From the NCBI RefSeq assembly GCF_964204645.1, contig NC_134025.1, positions 14,570,001 to 14,634,000 of the forward strand: a stretch of 64,000 nt of DNA. Reading direction: 5' to 3'. The stretch's first letter is position 1. The number at the start of each line of letters is the position of its first letter. Made by a program: the position numbers and the translations under genes. Of this stretch, positions 61,581-64,000 are shown one piece after another. This stretch comes from Tubulanus polymorphus (taxonomy: Eukaryota; Animalia; Nemertea). The notes below the pieces were generated by a model, which was given only the letters and a program-made list of their open reading frames with translations, searched no databases and was not told the DNA's origin.

Positions 61581-64000
61581 AGTAATTGGAAAACTGGGCT
61601 TTCAGATCAGAGTACGAGAGTACGAGACACCACTCATCACCACAAGTAATTTTTTTTCCTTATAAATGGGAGAGAGTGAGTACCAGACAGAAAACAATAA
61701 TGTTAATAAAAATCAATATTATTGCCCATATTGTAAAAAATACATCGATAAATCTAATAAATCTAAACATGAAAAATCTTCAAATCATATAAAAAATGTT
61801 ATAGATTTTGAAACTACAGAAAATTCCAATGAAAGAAAAGAACGATTAGAAAATATGAATGTGGATGAAATAAAATGTGAAGTTTGTAATGAATTTATAG
61901 TAAAAAGGAATTATAATAGACATCTCGAATCACAAAAACACCATCAAAATTTGAGTAATAATGTTTTAGGAAAAGATTATTTTGATGATAAACCTCAAAA
62001 AGTAAAAAAACCAACTTCAAAAACTAAATCCATTTCAAATAAACCTTACATGGAAAATGTTAGAAATTATATTGATTCACTAGAAATAAAAGATACAATT
62101 GAAATTTTAGAAACATTACATAGTAAAATTGGTCCTGCAGCTATTATATTTAGATTTTTTAAAGGAACAACAATAGAAGATTATAGTAAATTTAATGAAA
62201 TAATAGAAAAAATACTAGATTTGATAACAGATGTTGAATATCCAAAAATTAGTATCTCTGGGAAAGTAAGTTTTATGAAGTCAGAAGAAAAAATTAATTA
62301 TAATATTCAAACACTCTCTGAAGAAATAATTTCAAAAACACAAATAAAAGAGAAGTTAGAAAAAATATTAAATGAATTTAAACGTCATATTGAAGAAAGA
62401 TATTTTGAGGGTTCTGGCTTAACATTGAATGAAATTATATATTTAGATTTAAATGTTTATAATACAAAAAGAAACAAAACATCAAAAAGTAATAAAATGT
62501 TTAAAAATGATTCAAACTTTACAACAGAAAAGGATATTAAAGCATCATCTTATATTAAATTACCATTTTCAACAAAAGCAGTAATAAATATTCAAAATGA
62601 AGATAATGAATGTTTTCTATGGTCAATTATTAGTTGCTTACATCCAACACAAGAAAATGTTTGTAGAATAACAGATTATCGGAAATATCAAACATTATAT
62701 AAAATTGATCAATATCCAGTAACTATAAAAATGATTCCTAAAATAGAAAAAGTTAATCATTTAAAAATAAAAGTATTCGAATTAATGCAATTACCAAAGA
62801 CAAAAGGTGAAAATATTAAAGATTATACATTGGAAGCTTTATATTTAACAGAATATTATGATGATGAAAATGCTATAGATTTGTTATATTACAAAAAAGA
62901 TGAAAATGAACATTTTATGTGGTTAAAACAAATAGATTTATTCTTTAGAACAGAAAGTGATCATCATCATAAAATTTATCTATGTAGAAAATGTTTATCT
63001 AAATTTATGACTGAGAATACATTATTAAAACATAAAGAATTATGTGATAATAAAGATTTTTGTAAATTAATAATGCCAACAGAAAAAGATTGTAAGTTGA
63101 AATTTACTAATCATAAATTTAAGAATATTGTTCCATTTGTAATTTATGGGGATTTTGAATCGTTGAATAAAGAATTAACTGATCAAGATAGAAAAGAAAT
63201 ATATAACAAAAAGCAATTATTAAAATCAATGGATAAAGGAAATGAATTAAATGAAGATATAATTCAAGACCCACCAATTATAAATACAATTAAAAAAGTT
63301 CACCAAAGAGCTGCTGCTTATGGAATTTACATAAAATCAAATTATCCTGAATTATATGAAAGTCAATATATTTCTTTTAGAGGTGAAAATGTAGTTAATG
63401 ATTTTTGCGACAAAATGATTGAATTAGAAAGTGATTTTGCAAAATTATTAAACAAAAATAAAAGAATAGTTATGACAAAAGAAGATGAAATTGATTTTAA
63501 TTATGCAACTCATTGTTGTTATTGTGAAAAACGTTTTTATTCATTTGATAAAAAAGTTAGAGATCATGATCATTTAAATTCAAAATATCGTGGAACTGCT
63601 CATGAAGATTGCAATTTACAAGCTAAGAAAGTTAATTTCGTACCAATATTATTTCATAATTTATCAGGCTATGATACCCATCTATTTATAAAACAATTAT
63701 CAAAGAAATTGGGTACAATTAATCAAGAAATAGAAGAATATAATGCTATGAATGGTGTAAATGTAAGAAAATATGATTTTAAACTATTAGCTAAAACATC
63801 TGAAAATTATATTTCATTTCAATTTGGTTGCATTAGATTTTTAGATTCTTATAGATTTCTAGCAAGTTCATTAGATAATTTATCAAAAAGTTTAGTTGAT
63901 AATGATTTTATAATAACTCGATACTATTATCCAAATGACCAAGATTTTAAATTATTGAGATATAAAGGTGCAATTCCTTATTCATTTTATAAAACACACA
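61581..64000 (+). mobile_element. Polinton/Maverick copy 3 (divergent family), left end, continues beyond window
   Basis: Abrupt start agtaattggaaaactgggctttcag directly after satellite, resembling the TIR motif agtaataggggtaatgggctttcag; followed by pPolB. Confidence 0.85.
61666..64000 (+). CDS. pPolB, uninterrupted partial ORF (778 codons in window, no stop)
   Basis: Manual translation: MGESEYQTE..YCPYCK..KCEVC..FEGSG..INIQNEDNECFLWSII..HFMWLK..VIYGDFES..VRDHDHLNSKYRGTAHEDCN..FHNLSGYDTH..FLDSYRFL. Absent from the ORF track, presumably because it has no stop in the window. Confidence 0.93.
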   Translation, partial: MGESEYQTENNNVNKNQYYCPYCKKYIDKSNKSKHEKSSNHIKNVIDFETTENSNERKERLENMNVDEIKCEVCNEFIVKRNYNRHLESQKHHQNLSNNVLGKDYFDDKPQKVKKPTSKTKSISNKPYMENVRNYIDSLEIKDTIEILETLHSKIGPAAIIFRFFKGTTIEDYSKFNEIIEKILDLITDVEYPKISISGKVSFMKSEEKINYNIQTLSEEIISKTQIKEKLEKILNEFKRHIEERYFEGSGLTLNEIIYLDLNVYNTKRNKTSKSNKMFKNDSNFTTEKDIKASSYIKLPFSTKAVINIQNEDNECFLWSIISCLHPTQENVCRITDYRKYQTLYKIDQYPVTIKMIPKIEKVNHLKIKVFELMQLPKTKGENIKDYTLEALYLTEYYDDENAIDLLYYKKDENEHFMWLKQIDLFFRTESDHHHKIYLCRKCLSKFMTENTLLKHKELCDNKDFCKLIMPTEKDCKLKFTNHKFKNIVPFVIYGDFESLNKELTDQDRKEIYNKKQLLKSMDKGNELNEDIIQDPPIINTIKKVHQRAAAYGIYIKSNYPELYESQYISFRGENVVNDFCDKMIELESDFAKLLNKNKRIVMTKEDEIDFNYATHCCYCEKRFYSFDKKVRDHDHLNSKYRGTAHEDCNLQAKKVNFVPILFHNLSGYDTHLFIKQLSKKLGTINQEIEEYNAMNGVNVRKYDFKLLAKTSENYISFQFGCIRFLDSYRFLASSLDNLSKSLVDNDFIITRYYYPNDQDFKLLRYKGAIPYSFYKTH

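Overview
AT-rich, repeat-saturated eukaryotic (probably invertebrate) heterochromatin-like window with no recognisable host gene. (1) Three Polinton/Maverick (adintovirus-like) insertions. The middle one is near-complete but mutationally dead, about 17.9 kb at 32.3-50.2 kb, with ~380-bp TIRs, pPolB, rve integrase plus chromodomain, A32-like ATPase, major and minor capsid proteins, an HNH nuclease and several membrane proteins; no adenain-like protease is recognisable. A closely related end fragment lies at 1-2018, and a divergent copy with an uninterrupted pPolB ORF runs off the window from 61666 (missed by the ORF track). (2) A nested/tandem stack of non-autonomous Helentron-like (HINE/DINE-1-type) elements whose centres have expanded into a 31-bp satellite, including a ~9.83-kb near-identical duplication. 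(3) MITEs, a Bel/Pao fragment, a LINE tail and microsatellites. Most notable: the Polinton ends are hairpin modules built on an AGTAAT motif, and nearly every Polinton gene starts at a poxvirus-late-like TAAATG initiator, with distinct upstream motifs for structural and replication genes. This suggests (inference only) a membrane-containing, possibly helper-virus-dependent polintovirus. All ORFs called in the satellite are artefacts.
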